From Sphaerodactylus townsendi (lineage: Eukaryota), in the NCBI RefSeq assembly GCF_021028975.2, contig NC_059427.1:52080001-52144000 (forward strand): a DNA stretch of 64,000 nucleotides. The letters are read 5' to 3'. The notes below the pieces were generated by a model. It saw only the letters and a list, made by a program, of their open reading frames with translations, did no database searches and was not told the origin of the DNA. Both the position numbers and the translations under genes were made by a program. Position 1 is the first letter of the stretch, and each line of letters opens with the position of its first letter. Below are positions 25,797 to 38,725 of this stretch, piece after piece.

Positions 25797-25934
25797 CAGG
25801 GTTCTTCAAACTATGGCCTTCCAGATGTTCATGGACTACAATTCCCATCAGCCCCTGCCAGCATGGCCAAGTAGTAGGGCTCATGGGAATGGTAGTCTAT
25901 GAACATCTGGAGTGCCATAGTTTGAAGAACCCTG
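25797..25934. mobile_element. 138-bp palindromic hAT MITE
   Basis: TIRs cagggttcttcaaact / agtttgaagaaccctg; perfect 8-bp TSD ctctggag. Confidence 0.93.
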
Positions 25935-25967
25935 CTCTGGAGAATATGGCAACTTCATCTCTTATGA

Positions 25968-26130
25968 CAATGGTTCCCAACCTGGGTTACACGTACCCCC
26001 GGGGCATGTGGCAGAACATTTGGGCGTACGTGAAAAAATTGCGTTAAGGGGTTTGTTAACATGAGGGTATACTTTTTAGGGAAATGGGTTGCCAAGGGGT
26101 ACACGAATGAAAAAAGGTTGGGAACCACTG
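25968..26130. mobile_element. hAT/Charlie-like MITE
   Basis: TIRs caatggttcccaacc / ggttgggaaccactg; decayed TSD tcttatga/ccttatgg. Confidence 0.85.
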
Positions 26131-27197
26131 CCTTATGGCATCACATCTCCACTGAGCTCCTTTTTGTACTTAGGCATTGCCTTCAAATTGCCAGCAAATT
26201 CCTAGGCTGGAGTTGGCAGCCCTTCCTTCATGCTGAGTTATAGCTAGGTAGCATGAGCAACTTTATGAAGCATCATAAAGCTTTTTATATAAAGCATCAT
26301 AAAGCTTTGCATAAGTTCAGGATCATGTACTGTAAAAGAACATGTACCATTCATGTGAATCCACATGATCTTGAGCATTTTGAGTATTCATTGGCATTTG
26401 GGCTTTTGCCCCAGGTAGTCTGAAAATATTCATTTTGTATACATTCATGTGTACTTGTATAACCATATTACTCACACAAATAATGCATCTGAGAAGATGT
26501 GTGAAGGCAGGGGATCACAAGGGGTAAAACTCCAACCTCCCTTATACCTGAAGGCAAAGAATGTTTCCCTAAGTCTTCTAAGATATTGTTTTCTTCTGAC
26601 CACTCCTGTACCTCTTTAAAATAAATATATATCTAAGGCAGCTTAGGGAACTGAGGTGATCCCCCCTTCACTCTATCTGTGTTATATCAGATAACCATTC
26701 AAGAAGATTTTTTTTAAGTATAGCAAAAAAAAGATAGAATTTTATTAAACACTTTAGGGGAATAGGACATGAGGGGATATTGGTAATAATAATAGAAGCA
26801 GTTTTATATACAAGTCTGAAGTTGTTTTCAAAGTTGAGCCCAGATTATATTTGGCTGAGTGTTCAGATTTCAGTTGGTTATAGAGTTCCTAATGCTTTAA
26901 AATATGGTAGACTTTACGATGTTTCACAGATTTTAACCCTGGCTAGCACTCAGAGGTTCATGTCCACTATATGGTGCCTGTAAACTATAGAGAAAGGAGT
27001 ATTCTCCCAAATGCTTTCTCTTTAAACTTCCCAGACTTTAGGACCACTTCATAGTGCTTGAAGTAAATCCTTCTGAAGAACTTGGGATGGGAATTTTTCT
27101 CCCACACTCAGTATAATTTCCCCTTCTGAGTAAAGAATTATTATATAAGGAGATTTCCTGGTAGGGCACTGTTGCAGCCCATTGTTGCACATGGTAT

Positions 27198-28208
27198 CAT
27201 AAGAACATAAGAACAAGCCAGCTGGATCAGACCAAAGTCCATCTAGTCCAGCTCTCTGCTACTCGCAGTGGCCCACCAGGTGCCTTTGGGAGCTCACATG
27301 TAGGATGTGAACGCAATGGCCTTCTGCGGCTGTTGCTCCCGATCACCTGGTCTGTTAAGGCATTTGCAATCTCAGATCAAAGAGGATCAAGATTGGTAGC
27401 CATAAATCAACTTCTCCTCCATAAATCTGTCCAAGCCCCTTTTAAAGCTATCCAGGTTAGTGGCCATCACCACCTTCTGTGGCAGCATATTCCAAACACC
27501 AATCACACGTTGCGTGAAGAAGTGTTTCCTTTTATTAGTCCTAATTCTTCCCCCCAGCATTTTCAATGAATGTCCCCTGGTTCTAGTATTGTGAGAAAGA
27601 GAGAAAAATGTCTCTCTGTCAACATTTTCTACCCCATGCATAATTTTGTAGACTTCAATCATATCCCCCCTCAGCCGCCTCCTCTCCAAACTAAAAGAGT
27701 CCCAAACGCTGCAGCCTCTCCTCATAGGGAAGGTGCTCCAGTCCCTCAATCATCCTTGTTGCCCTTCTCTGCACTTTTCTATCTCCTCAATATCCTTTTT
27801 GTTTGAGATCGTGACGATAGAGACTGGACACAGTACTCCAAGTGCGGTCGCACCACTGCTTTATATAAGGGCATGACAATCTTTGCAGTTTTATTCTCAA
27901 TTCCTTTTCTAATGATCCCCAGCATAGAGTTTGCCTTTTTCACAGCTGCCATGCATTGAGTTGACATTCCCATGGAACTATCAACTAAGACGCCTAAATC
28001 CCTTTCCTGGTCTGTGACTGATAGCACTGACCCCTGTAGCGTGTATGTGAAGTTTGGATTTTTTGCCCCTATGTGCATCACTTTACATTTTGCTACATTG
28101 AACTGCATTTGCCATTTCTGAGCCCACTCATCTAATTTATCAAGGTCCGCTTGGAGCTCTTCGCAATCCTTTGTGGTTCTCACCACCCTACATAATTTGG
28201 TATCATCT
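27198..28208 (-). mobile_element. young 5'-truncated CR1 LINE (RT C-terminus + 3'UTR)
   Basis: ORFs 27779-28186 and 27387-27749 encode the CR1 ORF2 C-terminus (LQADLDKLDEW..WQMQFNVAKCKVMHIG, LYKAVVRPHLEYC, FFTQRVIGVWNMLP); (TTCTTATG)2 tail; TSD tggtatcat. Confidence 0.95.
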
Positions 28209-28442
28209 AGAACAGAGGTTCACTCCCAACAAAAGAAAGGGGACAGCAGTTTTACTAAATGAGGCAGGCAAAATTATGTGTCTGCCAGTAGTCCATTCTG
28301 TTTTCCATGGTTGTTGCTGTCTTGCTGCTCATTTTCGCCATTAGAGGCAACTTTCTGCATCTTGGTTCAAACCACATCCCGTCCTTACATGTATTTCTGC
28401 TTTGATGGAAGAGATGCAAAAAAAGGCTACCTAGCTTTCCAG

Positions 28443-29324
28443 GGGCGATTTCGCACTCACTGTGTGAACTCAAGTTCGACCCAAGTGCTCCCCACATCTG
28501 GTGAATCTGACGTGGGCTCATCCTGCTCTGCTCTGTTCTGCCTTTAAATTTTCAACTCACCTCCGAGGTGGGGTAAACCGGCGAAGCTAAGTTGAACTCA
28601 AGCGAAGCTGATGGGAGTGGGGAATCTTCATCTGGTCGATTCGCCCGTTCAGCCAATCACAGATGAATGTTTTGGGCTTGCGCAGAACGGAAGACTTGTG
28701 CTGGCAAAAAGCGCACCTTTCCCCCCGCTTCTGTATAACACTGACGACCATGTGCAGTAACGAAGGGCAGATTGCATGCCGCTCAACATTTTTCCTTCAC
28801 AGCACCGTTTCGCCCAATCAATCGCACCTCATCCCTCCCTCCTTTCGGGTGGCATGTTATAAACATTTGTCATTTTGGAGGGGAGGTTGCCATTTTGATC
28901 TGACTGCTGACAGCTGAGCACAGTTGAGTCATGGCCAGCAGTTGCTCCACCTCAGGATCCATAACAGACAGTTCTGACAAGAGGATCAAAAAGATGCGTT
29001 TCCAGTGCGAAATGGAAATGAAAGCTACGAGCATAAGAATCTACACAAATTGCGCCTTCTTACGCACATTGCGTTGCGATGTCAACGCTACGTAGCTGTA
29101 ACGTTAAAAAATTGGGAAAAAAGGGATGCACGTTTGCATTCCCGCCTGAACGCAGCAGCCAATCAGGCACAAGTGAATGACGCGCCGAGGTGATCCCGCC
29201 CTCTGAACTCAGCTCCGGCAGGACAACCTCGGCTGCTGTGGGAAGTTATGAGGGGATTGACATAGGTCGACTCTTTCCGCCTGATGAGTCGACCTTATGT
29301 CAATTCTCAAGTGCGAAATCACTC
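28443..29324. mobile_element. non-autonomous PIF/Harbinger element
   Basis: TIRs gggcgatttcgcact / agtgcgaaatcactc; 3-bp TSD cag; CpG-rich; subterminal hairpin tgacataggtcgactc...gagtcgaccttatgtca. Confidence 0.88.
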
Positions 29325-30564
29325 CAGGTGAAGCCACAAACTACAGCCTTCTTACTTGTGAAATAGGTAGTATTCATCACCCTGAATGTAAGAGTACCTG
29401 GTGGATGAGACCAATGGTTTATTTAACCTAACATCCTGTTTTCCAGATGCCTATAAGCCCATAAACCGGTTATGAATATTCAAGCCTTCTCCTAGTGTCT
29501 TTCTGCCAACTAGTGTTCAACTGTCTTGGAATGTGAACGTATCTTTTAATCATCATGGCTAATAGATCTATTCTCCATGAATTGCTGCTGCTGTGCTGAG
29601 TCAACATTTTCATTGACTAGCTATCACAATCCCAGTATCAGATCCAAGTGGTATATATGTAGTTAGGATTGTTTGCTGTGGTATGCACCACTTATGCACC
29701 ACATATATATTTGCTGTGGTATGCACCACATATATATTTACATTAAATCCCATTTTCCGCATTGTTGCTCAGACAGTCAGCTTAGAGAGATCCTCTTGGA
29801 GCATTCCAGAACCAGCTTTGGTTATCCTGAATTATTTCTTTGCAAGTTGCGAAGTCAGCCACTGATTTCAGATCCATGGGAAAGTCCACTGCTTGTGTCC
29901 CTCCATTGTGAAAACTGTCTAATTACTTGTATTCATGTACTTGCTTCCTGTTGTGTATTCTGTTAGTAATGAAACAAGAAATCCCATTCTCTTGTTCCAT
30001 GACTATTAAGTTTAATCTGGAGCTTTTGGTGTGTGAATTTTGGAAGATCATTTGTAAAGTCTACCAGTTTGTAAAGTCTTGGATCCATTCCCAGGAGAAA
30101 AATGTTGAGGCTTTTCCTAAGCATAGGATTATTTAACAAATTACCTTTTCATATTTCTATTCAGTTGCTGTTTAATTAATTGTTCTCCATTATTTGTGCT
30201 TTCTGAGATTTATGTTTAGTCGTTAAAGATTCATTTTATTTGTGAAGCCTCTGGCTCGCCTTCACAAACACACATATACCTCTAAACACACATACATGTC
30301 AAAAAAGGGGAGGAGGGATTCTCTGGCTGATGGCAGCTCAAACTACTTGACTAACACCCCAGGCAAAGGGGGCTTGGGAAGGAAAAAGGTTTCGTAAACA
30401 GCCAGGTCTTCTTAGTTCTCAGCAAACTTTGGCACAAGAAAGCTGGAGACTTATGATATACAGGGTAGTACCAATGAGGCTGTACCATAGAAGACAGGCC
30501 ATTTTATTTGCAGACTGTTGCCAAATAATCCTATGGATGGAGTTTGCCTCTTCACTGCTGGCAC

Positions 30565-30646
30565 ACGGAGTTCATAATTTATATTGAGCCATTCATTATA
30601 AGCTTAAGGTTATAATGAATGGCTCAATAAAAATAATGAACTCCGT
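30565..30646. repeat. 82-bp near-perfect loopless palindrome
   Basis: acggagttcat...ttgagccattcattataa-gcttaagg-ttataatgaatggctcaa...atgaactccgt. Confidence 0.9.
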
Positions 30647-30649
30647 TCC

Positions 30650-31490
30650 TATATGCATGACCTTATGCTTACCAGTGCTGAAATTCATTTGACATTCCGT
30701 TTCAAAAGATCTTATTGAAACTTTTCACAACCCATTTTGGATTGCACCAACCTGAATAATTCGGTGTTGCCCAGAAATGTGTCCACTATATTGCCCATCC
30801 TCCATTCCCATATATAACAAATTAAATAGCACTGATCCCAATACCAATTTGTGTGTGAACCCCACTATCCACTTCCCTCTATTGTGAGAACTGTCCTACT
30901 CTCTGCTTCTTGTCTTTTAACAAAGTTTTAATCTATAAGAGTATCCTTCCCCTTATCTTGTGACTATTTATACTACTCAGGAATAATTGGTGAGGTACTT
31001 TGTCAACAGCCTCTTGGAAATCTATATACTATACGTTAGAAGGCTAGTATGTAATGTTTAGTTTTAAAATATTGGTTTTAACTCATGGTTTTTGTGCATT
31101 TTATGTATAATAAATGTTTTAAATAAATTGTGAATCACATGGTTCTGCTATCTCTCTGTTCCCTTCCGCACATGCAGAATAGTGCACTTTCAATCCACTT
31201 ACAAACAATTGTGAAAGTGGATTGAAAGTACATTATTCTGCATGTGTGGAAGGGGCCTCTGTATTCCTTAAGCAATTCTTTCCTTCCCTTGTCATCCAAT
31301 GGCCCAAAATGCTCCCTAGCTGATTTCCTGCTTCTGATATATTTGAAGATTTGTTTTAAAATATCAAAGCCATTTGCATCTCACATTGTCTTTTTGCTCA
31401 ACTTATTGTCAGCCCACAATATTGTTTCGCAAAAAACAGTGATCCTTTCTTTTTACATCTTTTGGAAAAACCTTCCATTTTTTACGATCT
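30650..31490 (-). mobile_element. old degenerate CR1 ORF2 fragments
   Basis: Reverse complement of the Y.DF.KAFDKVPH-like RT segment (ggtactttgtcaacagcctcttggaaatctatata) and of the G..LG.VLF segment; interrupted by a MITE. Confidence 0.65.
31158..31257. mobile_element. 100-bp palindromic Harbinger-type MITE
   Basis: cccttccgcacatgcagaata...tattctgcatgtgtggaaggggcc; TSD tct; same family as 3557 and 61049. Confidence 0.88.
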
Positions 31491-32323
31491 AGGACCTACT
31501 GTCTGCCTTAACTTCATGATGACAGAGAAGATGTCAACATGAGAGTAGGCCATGTTTAGTTCAGAGGATTATTCATGGAGAAACGGCTACTTCTTTAGTG
31601 GGGTATGCTTTTCCGACCCCTATCCTTCCCAAATGAAACCAAGCCAGAAGAAGAACCAAAATGGGACACTGTAAGAATGCCTTATAAAGTAATAGTGCCA
31701 TCCTAAGAGGGTCTACTCAAGATCCTACTCACTTCTATTCAGTAGAACTTACTTCCAGGAAAGTATCTTTAGGATTGCATTGTAAATCAGTTATTGCTGG
31801 GTCATGTTCTAGCCGAGGAAAATATATGCATATGTGCTTTGGGGCTGTCTTTGGGGCTGTGTAGGGATGGGTGGAGGAAGGGGAAAGTGAGGATGAGGTA
31901 TGAGTCTGAAATTGTGTGCATCGAGGAATGCTGCTGTAAATTTCGTTGTATGTGCACAATGACAATAAAAATGCTTATGCTTTGAATGTGCCCAACAGCT
32001 GTAATATGCTCACTGGAAAACTCTTACAAAACTGGTCTCTTGCTAAAACACATGTGCATCAGACAAACTGTTTTGAAATAATAACTTCTACCCATGAATT
32101 GTGGCATTGTCATCTTTTCATCAGAAGATCTGTTGAAATACAAATCTCAGCCAGTTGGGAGCATTTAACCCTTCTTTTAAGACTGACATTTTAGGGGTTA
32201 AAGTTAACCTCCCATGCTATATGTTTGTGTGTATGTGGAATTAGGAACTGTGGACCAGGTGGGATTGGAAAATTATATTTATGTGGCTGGTTTTTAAAAG
32301 TATTGTAATCTACCATTTTGGGT

Positions 32324-32448
32324 TCAGAGGATGCCAGCCACAGATGCAGGCAAAACGTCAGGAGAAAATGCTACCAGAACACAGCCATGCAGCCCAGAAA
32401 CCACACAACAGTCCAGTGATTCCAGCCATGAAAGCCTTCGACAATACA
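32324..32448 (+). mobile_element. Penelope-like element terminus with a decayed minimal hammerhead ribozyme
   Basis: cagagga-tgccagc-cacagat-gcaggc-aaaac-gtc matches CUGANGA-stem II-GAAAC-GUC with two substitutions; followed by ...gaaagccttcgacaatac. Confidence 0.7.
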
Positions 32449-35400
32449 GTGGGCAAATCCCCACTGGGAAAATAAACCTGGTTTCCCCTGGTTCCATAAG
32501 ATACAGCACCTTTTCATCCCAGTCTCTGCCTCCACACTGTGGGAAATCACCCAGTATCTTATCCTCCCTCTCCACAACCTTAGAATACATGAACACGGTT
32601 TCCTCTGAGAGCAGTGTGTGTGAGACAGGTTTTTCAGTACAGCAGCTAAGTCTGCAATCACTGCCCCAATCCCTGATTTCTTCTTTCCCCTGTCCCTTGT
32701 ACTCCTGCTGTGTTTTTTTAACGCTTACTATTTATCAATATATTAGCAGGAGCACTGCAGTAATTTATCAAAAAATTGAAGGACAGGGTAGAGAATGGAA
32801 GCAAGTTTGTCCTTTTCCCAAAGTCCTGCTGTTCCATCCCCACAAACTTCCACTGCAACTCTGGTGCACTTTCCCAAACTTGCAGTGTGCCAGGAAAAGC
32901 AAAAGAGGCTGCCATATAAGAGCAAGAAAAAAAAAGAAAAGAAAAGGACGGCTTTAAAAAGGAGGGAAGATTGGATTTTCTCATGAACAGAGCTATCAGT
33001 AAAGGAAATTGGGATTTCTTTGATGATTAGAAGGCCTGAGTAAGATCTCATTTAATTTCTGATCCTTAACATAAATACAAGGTTCAGTTGTAAATCAGCA
33101 GCTCCTTTTCTCTCTCCCCTTTTCTGCTATGGTAGCTAAAGCATATTTTAGATGTTATTTTGGGATTGTGAGGACTGGAAACATGTTTTTAAAACAATTT
33201 CTCAGCATACCATAGAATACTATGTGTACAATATATATATGCTGTCTAGGATGTGAGCCTTAAATGGAGAAAGAGTATTGTGTGTTTATGGTTAATCTAA
33301 TTCTGACCCAAAGTGGCTCCATAATGTTTTGTATGAGTATTCTTAGCCATTTTAGAACAATTCTGGTTTCCTGCATTGTCTGCTTCCACCCTTCAGTAGC
33401 AGTGCTACTTCTGTTTCTCCTTGCATTTTCACTTCAGACAATTTTTATTAACACAGGAAATTGCCTCAGAATTGATACTGACTGGGTGTGCTGGGCCTAG
33501 AATGGTCATTTCAGTTGTTATCAAAAACATTGATGGTGGAATGAGTTCCAGGGTTTTAAGACTGAAAAAGACGAATTGGATTAAATTTAGAGTGGAAAGT
33601 GAGAGATTATAGTTCACATGCAATTTACAGGAAAACAATCAAATGTGTAACTTGCAGCAGCAAAATGTGTCAGCTAGAAACCACAACATCTTTGAAAAAT
33701 CATTTACTCATGCGAGTGTTCTCTGGTATTTGATGCCCTTCCAGTGCATATGCTGCAGATGACAGGATATGAGGGAATGTTTTATGGCAGTGGTATAATT
33801 TTTTTATGTTCATGCTAACATCTGTCCAGCTGAGGACCTCATTAATGATATGATGAAATGGTTTTGTAAAGATTTTGGAAGGTTTAGCCATCAACACCAA
33901 GCTGATGATATATTCAGCATTTTTCTCTGAACACCATAGAGTGGTATGAAATGTACTTCTAGGAATTGTATCACAGCCATGACTGTGTGCACCGTTATAG
34001 GGAGCACAGCAGGAACTGTGGTGAGGACATATGCCAAACGACAGCAATCATTTTGAATAAGTGAGTTACAATTGCTTGCTTTCAATCAGCTATTCTTTAG
34101 TTATTTCCAGGTTTTCTAGAATCTGCAGCTGTACAAGCTCTCTGGCGGGGCTGGATCAAGCTCAAGGATTGTAGACCTCTCCCCACCTTCCCCTTTTCTA
34201 TTCTAAGCCTGGGGAAAGTTTGTCTCAGGCTGGCAAAACCTGTGTGGAAAAATAGCCAAGCAGGTCAGGAGGGTGCAGTAGGGAGGAAGTAAAATTGCTT
34301 CCTTTTTTCTTCCATAAGTGGAGCTACTCCCATAGAAGAGACAGAGAGATTTTGTCTTCTTTCTTCTCCTCACTGCAGACCAAACAAGACATAACAGCGT
34401 CAGCCAGTTTTGTTGTTTATTTATTTGTGCTATATGCCCCAACTTTCCTGTCCCTGTTGGTGCTCAAAGTAATTGTTCACATGTCTGCCTCATTCATGTA
34501 TAGTCTGTGTGTGTGTGTTTAGTATTAAGGGCACTAACATATGAGCTGCAAAACCCTTCCCACTTGCCCCATCACACTCTGTTGCTTCATGAACCTTCCT
34601 CTCTTTACACAGTTTTAATTTCCCTTGTAGAGAACTGCACTGAAGGAATGACCAGGCAGTGCAAAATTATTTTGCTGTGGAAGCAACAACAAGGAAATGT
34701 CTTCATAGGAATTTCTTCCTTTTTATTGCTTTATGATTCGGGTGATGTTTCTTGAAAGAAGCACCAGAAGCCATGTTGTATCTTGAGCTGTGTTATCTTC
34801 TACCATCACTGGCCTTGCCATGGATGCTTCAGATGAGTGGGAGCAATTCCCTCCATTTCATGATCTAACAAGTACATTTTTATCCTGCTCTTCCTTCACA
34901 GAATTCAGGAGGTATGATTTACATGGAGCAAATTACCTTTATTTATAAAGCACTTAACATGGTTAGGAGCTGTAAAAAGTGTATTTTTAAGTGGAGCAGG
35001 CCCGCTTCAGCTTACAATCCTTCAGCCCCGTTTTCTGTCTCTTCAGTTGTGCAGATGTGTTTACTTTGCTATTCTGAATTATGCATTTCTATCATCAATA
35101 CCGGAAAGATGAGGCCAAACTTCTCAAGCATGATTTGGTAGTTCAAATGCAACTAATACTCCATGCAATACTTAGTATATACATTTGCCTGCTCCTGGTA
35201 CGTCAAGCTAAATAGCCAAAATATACTTGAAGCTGCAGAAGGTTGACATAATCACATATGTTGGTCAGAAAAAGAGTAAAAGTAATGGCTAGGTCTGGAT
35301 CAACTCAACAATGATCTTCATTGTGCCAATGAGATAGTTTCACATTCCAGCCAAATTAGTTCCAAAAGACCACATTATAAAACACCAAAGTACAATGAAC

Positions 35401-35556
35401 CCAAGCAAGATGTGCTACCGAATCATTACCATATTGTATAAAATGCATACATACCTAGTATGCAGATCAGTGAAAAAAGTATTGAACAAGTACCCACTGC
35501 TCAGCAATTGAACACACAACAACTGAAGGACTCAGCAAATTTCTGGTAAAGTCAGA

Positions 35557-35942
35557 GGCCGTTTCCGATGGGCATTTAATGGCGGCCTGGAGACGGCAAA
35601 AACGCCGTCTCCAGGCCGCCATTCGCACAGGGGGCGCAGCTGCATCGCAGCCGCGCCGCCCTTGCGCCGCCCTTGCGCCGTGAAGCCGGCGTTTCCCCAG
35701 AACGCTAGGAAGCGCTCTTGTTGGGGTAACGCCGCCTCGAAGCCGCTGCCGAGCGAATGGCAGCAGCTTCGAGCCACCTCCCCCACCCTGCACTTACCTT
35801 GTCCCCGGGCCTCCGGCGCGTCGCCGAGGCCTGGGGACACGCCCCCCTGCCCTGCGCTGCTGGAGTGCGGATGGTCCCAGTGTCGTGGGGTCAGCGTCGG
35901 AAACGCCGACCCGGCCGCTTCCGCATTCGTGCGGAAACGGCC
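35557..35942. mobile_element. GC-rich PIF/Harbinger-type MITE
   Basis: TIRs ggccgtttccg / cggaaacggcc; TSD aga; subterminal hairpin atggcggcctggagacggc..gccgtctccaggccgccat. Confidence 0.9.
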
Positions 35943-36034
35943 AGAGTCATGGTGACAAGAAATCATCAGGACCACCATCTGCTGAATGTTCAATAATTCA
36001 ATATATCACCCACCAAACATCTGTACAAGTAGAT

Positions 36035-36490
36035 AGTTTATTGTTGTAACTACAAGGTCACAGCAAACACAGAATCACAAGAAATAAACTTGACCATGAA
36101 ATACAGATATGCTACAAAACTATGAAATACAAAATGCCAAAAACAGTTACTTGCTGATCAAGACCACAAACTATAATTTAGCCAGATGTCTTACAACATT
36201 AACCAGTAAAATATTTTCCTTATTTTAAAAGGTAGTTGGTCAAAAAATAGCCATTTGTCGACTGGCATATGGAAAAAATCCACCAGTAAAAACTTAGTAA
36301 GTTCCACGTTTGAGCCAGTAAAGTTGATAATAATGTAGGCCAGCCACCTTACCCTTTTAACGTCATAGAAGGGACAATATAAGATGTAGTAGTGTTTAAG
36401 ATCTTCCATGTGATCCTGGCTGAAGGGGCAGAAGGGCTGCTCAACAGAAATGTCATTATATCTGCCTTCAAAATATGCTGAAGGCATAGT
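36035..36490 (-). mobile_element. 3' end of a non-LTR retrotransposon (RTE-X-like, C-terminal zinc knuckle)
   Basis: ORF 36191-36487: GRYND...FCPF...MEDLKHYYILYCPFY..R, a CCHC-type C-terminal motif. Confidence 0.7.
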
Positions 36491-36712
36491 GTGGAAACAA
36501 AAACTAGTGAATTCCTTTCCTAATGAAGGGTTAGTAAAGTTGACTATGAAGAACTGTGAAGTTCATTTATTTTTCTTAAAAGAAGGATACGAAGGGGAGA
36601 ACTTTGAGTGTGGAATCAGAATAGCTTCTTGACTGACATCAAACTCGTGAAACTCATGAAATTGAATATTTTATTTTATTTTATTTGTATCCTGTGATTT
36701 AACCATCTCTAA

Positions 36713-37208
36713 GGCCGTTTCCGCAAGCCTCATTCACGCCAAGAGTGTGGGCGGCGAAAGCGCAAGTCCGTTAAGCATGCAAGCATGCGAACGGGAGAAG
36801 CGGAGGCCGGCAGAAGGCAGGCGGCTCCGCGACGGAGCCACCTCTGCGCTTCCTCTTCACTCGGTGTCCTCCTCGTCGCCTGCGGGCGTCGCAGCCCCAC
36901 TATCGCTGCCCTCCGACCCCTGGAGGTCGGAGGACGAGTGTGGGCGGGCTGACGCCCCGCAGGCGACGAGGAGGACACCGTGAGTAGGGCGGAGACGGGA
37001 GACAGCGTCTTCCCCGGGAGGCGCTGTTCGCGACCGCGCCACAGTGGAAGACGCTCCCTCCCAACAAACAACCCTTTAAAAGGGTTAGTTGTTTAGGCGT
37101 TTACGCCCTGGGGGGAGGGAAGAAGAGCCAGGCCTGTGCGAACGGCGGCCTGGGGGCGCCTTTTTTGGCGCCCCCAGGCCGTCATAAATGGGCCGTGCGG
37201 AAACGGCC
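36713..37208. mobile_element. GC-rich PIF/Harbinger-type MITE
   Basis: TIRs ggccgtttccgca / tgcggaaacggcc; canonical TAA TSD; hairpin cggcctgggggcgcc..ggcgcccccaggccg. Confidence 0.92.
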
Positions 37209-38223
37209 TAAGACATCCATATAGGAAGAAGGACTCCCCTGCCTGCAAACTCATTGCTCCATATTCAGCAATAAGGGCTTGTCATCAATAGTATTCCTGC
37301 TAGTTAATTTAAAAATCATGAAAGATTAATCTTTGAAATTCAGCAAATTTACAAAGATTAGGTAAAGGGGAAGGGTAGAAACAAATTGTATCTTATTAGC
37401 GGTTTATTTAACAGCAAGACCAGGTTTTCACAAGATGTTCCATCAAGAAAAAGAAGGCAACAAGTTACCATACAGTAATAATAAAACCTTTTGTGTATAA
37501 CCTTTTTAAGGGGATCATCTTACATTCAGGTCATCTTTCCTTTGGGTAAATCCAGTCTTATTCAGACATTTAAATCTTCATAACAGCAGAGTTTAATTTA
37601 AAAAATGTGGATATCAGACCATTTCACCAGAAATACAGACAACACAACATTTCTTAATTTTTAATAAATACTTCATTTCAATGTAAAAATGTCAAACCTT
37701 TACAGAAAAACTTACTCCCCAAAACAGACCACTGAGACTGCAGGCCCTCCTTTATCTGAAGCTCAAGGTGAAAATGAACTAGCAACAAGGATAAATTCTT
37801 TGGGAGAATCAAACATAATTTTTTGTCATTTTAAATAAGAAAAAGCAGCCATGGGAATGCAAATGAAGGGCAGGACAGCTAGCTTCTCATTTTATCTTAC
37901 CTGATTCCTCTCTGTTATGCAACTCCCATCTCCCATCACTTTTATCCATGCAGCTTCCACAATCAGAAGCATAACCATTTTGGTGATCAAAGAAAACCTT
38001 CTCCCCCTTTCCTTACCAACAGAAAAGATGGTTGGATCAGAGCCAGAACTAGGAGGGCACAGGGGGCAGTTGCCCTGGGAGGGGGCAGAGAGCGGGCAGC
38101 AGCAGGAGGATGGAACAACTTGTTCTGCAGTGTGTCCACCCTGTCCCCCTGGTTAGGCTATTGCTAGGAGATGGCGGAGTGGAGAGAGAGACTTAAGAGT
38201 GGAGTTGTAGCCCTTGATAAGGC

Positions 38224-38613
38224 AGAACCAGGGGGCATACATTGAAAATACTGGGGGGAAGAATTAGGACTAATAACAGGAAACATTTTTTCACGCAACA
38301 TGTGATTGGTGTTTGGAATATGCTGCTACAGGAGGTGGTGATGGCCACTAACCTGGATAGCTTTAAAAAGGGCTTGGACAGATTTATGGAGGAGAAGTTG
38401 ATCTATGGGTACCAATCTTGATCCTCCTTGATCTGAGATTGCAAATGCCCTAGCAGACCAGGTGCTCAGGAGCATCAGCATCAGCAGCAGGCCATTACTT
38501 TCACATCCTGCATATGAGCTCCCAAAGGCACCTGGTAGGCCACTGCAAGTAGCAGAATGCTGGACTAGATGGACTCTGATCTGATCCAGCTGGCTTGTTC
38601 TTATGTTCTTATG
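38224..38613 (+). mobile_element. CR1 3' end nested in the Pack-hAT
   Basis: High similarity to the 3' part of the CR1 at 27198-27590; (ttcttatg)2 tail; 4-bp gcag junction duplication. Confidence 0.93.
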
Positions 38614-38635
38614 CAGCTGTTAGTAGGGCAAGATT

Positions 38636-38725
38636 ATGGTGAGCAAAGAAGAGGGAGAGCTAAAGGTACCAGAGGAGATGTTCAGAGATGTTAAGCTCTA
38701 TGCCATGGGAGACCTAGATCCCCAG
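38636..38725 (+). pseudogene. PAXIP1: captured, CpG-decayed copy of PAXIP1 (PTIP) coding exon 1
   Basis: [30 protein letters not shown]|gtaacc versus recalled human PAXIP1 [27 protein letters not shown]. Similarity ends exactly at a GT donor; no exon 2 (VIQLLKAGKAKEV...) found in the window. Confidence 0.85.

Noticed and set aside
25532-26047. 171-aa ORF with signal-peptide-like start
   Set aside because: It runs through several adjacent MITEs.
32331-32957. 208-aa ORF
   Set aside because: It starts in a Penelope remnant and continues through low-complexity sequence with no recognisable domain.
35557-37208. CpG-island promoter, or one composite transposon carrying a LINE fragment
   Set aside because: These are two separate MITEs, each with its own TIRs and its own TSD (aga, taa).
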